Assembly (NCBI GenBank): GCA_000708835.1
Contig: DF236951.1
Span: 124,101-188,100, forward strand
From: Klebsormidium nitens
Taxonomy: Eukaryota; Plantae; Klebsormidiophyceae
Direction: 5' to 3'
DNA length: 64,000 nt
Shown: in pieces, positions 62,503-64,000 of the stretch
Position numbering within the stretch: the stretch's first letter is position 1
Layout: each line of letters starts with the position of its first letter
Notes under the pieces: model-generated
What the model was told of the DNA's origin: nothing
Seen by the model: only the letters and a program-made list of their open reading frames with translations
The model's database searches: none
Program-made: the position numbers and the translations under genes

Positions 62503-63313
62503 TTCACAAGCACTGAGTGTCGATTTAAGCTGGCCAGATAGTCAAGAACGCAAGTCTGGGTGGAGAAATTGTGGAGACAGGCTCGCTGATAGGAAAACAG
62601 TATATGGAGAGAAACTGGGCAGGGGAAAAGACGTAAGATCGAAAGAGATTGTCATAACGGGCAGCACGAAGATTCTGAATCGTTTCCATCCTATGTCAAG
62701 GGAATGTCCACAGTCTCAATCCAGATGTCGGGTACACGCTTCGGCCACTGCCGAACAATCAGACTTCCACCTTCTAAAATTGTACAGGGTATCAAGTTCT
62801 ACTTAAGAACACTTTGAGTATATCAGAATGTATTGTGGCATGCAGTATCACTGACCGGGCGATCTTCGGCCCGCAGCTTGAGGTCTTCAACTCTTGTATG
62901 TACTTGTGCCAACTTGTGCCGGTGGCAGACGCGCGGTATAATATTGCAGCTGTAGGCTTCCGTGATGCGAGGGGGGGCTTCCCATGCAAAGTGAAAGCGG
63001 CCTTAATTGTATAGCAGCATAGCGGCATGCGTTTCACGACTCCAATGATCCCCCCGTATGTTTACTGCTTGCATATTGGACGCTTGGCGAGAGCTAGAAA
63101 ATTCTTCGTAATTACATATATTGACAGATATATACGCTGCAGGACACGTCAGGTATTACAACACTGAGTTTTACTCAAGGCTACTTTTGACTATGTATGG
63201 CTCCGCTCTAGCTTATCGTATCCCGTTCCAACATCCAAAAATTACTGTTACGCTAAACTACTTGATTCGCGCATTAACCCGCCCCCGGCCAGCGAGAACT
63301 CAACCGACCAAAC

Positions 63314-64000
63314 TCAAGCTTCCACCCGACCGCTCTCCGCTATGTACTTAAGGACGGACCGCCCCTCGGGAACAGACCACCCGAGCTCTTTCTCCGCCAG
63401 CCCCGAGCTATACTGGTTGGTCAGCGAAAAGGCCCACGCCAGAAAAGGGCCCCAAACTACGGACGCCTCCTCGAACGAAACACTTTGCACCTGGGACAAG
63501 GAAAGCCGCTGCGCGATCGCCTCGGCGATCTTTTTCCCGGTCATTCCCGTGTCGTATTTGTCGCCCAGATGGAAAATGGTACCTGCAACCGAGGATCGGA
63601 CACGTGGTCAGTGCGATCTGATGGCATGGCTGGCAGAGCGTTCGCTAGCAAAGAACGTCGGGTTAATTGCTTGATGATTATCGAGGAAAAGGCGTGCTCT
63701 CAGTACCGTTTCCATTGCGCGAGTGGCTTCGAGACAAGGTCAACCGAAGCAAACGCGACGCTTTCCACTTCAGAACAAAGCGAGAATGAGTTGCGCAGAA
63801 CGCATCAAAGCCGCCTTGAGATGGTAGAATCAGGCCTCCAACCAAGCCTGTCGGCCAGAACGTACTGCTCATAACGAGACCCTTTTTAACTTGCTCTTGA
63901 GCGATGAGAGCCCTTTCATTCAAGTACTCAGCATGAACCACTAAACGCGCACCTGGCGTGAAAGGCTTCTCCACAGCCAAGACGAACGCGGCCGCCACGT
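63314..64000 (-). CDS. 3' part of an NAD(P)-dependent epimerase/dehydratase-like atypical SDR (runs off the window end)
   Basis: Exons DVAAAFVLAVEKPFTPG...QEQVKK and GTIFHLGDKYDTGMTGKKIAEAIAQRL...VSFEEASVVWGPFLAWAFSLTNQYSSGLAEKELGWS resemble the C-terminal half of extended/atypical SDRs. The Rossmann motif would lie outside the window. Confidence 0.65.

Overview
Eukaryotic, intron-rich nuclear DNA with short GT-AG introns and GC3-rich exons. It combines plant plastid/mitochondrial genes with flagellar genes, which fits a flagellate-producing streptophyte alga such as Klebsormidium (inference). Genes were assembled by hand from splice sites and peptides recalled from memory; no database search was run. 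In order: a Tourist/PIF-like MITE, O-acetylserine(thiol)lyase (-), mitochondrial-type Obg GTPase (+), Ubc6-type E2 (-), RRM/RS/coiled-coil protein (+), FSIP1-like protein (-), CFAP52/WDR16 (+), HCF101 (+), a 4-exon orphan gene (+), IFT74 (-), gamma-SNAP (+), ARPC1 (-), an MscS-like channel (+), a frameshifted ZCCHC24-like 3CxxC zinc finger (+) and the 3' end of an atypical SDR (-). The most unusual signals concern splicing. One MSL intron holds an array of 4-5 diverged ~136-bp copies of its own acceptor junction, all leading to premature stops; two carry their own donor sites and look like poison exons. There is also a probable 1-nt micro-exon in the RRM gene, an AG|GT recursive-type site in another MSL intron, and a 4-nt slidable GC-AG/GT-AG intron in gamma-SNAP. 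No rRNA, tRNA or CRISPR array was recognised.
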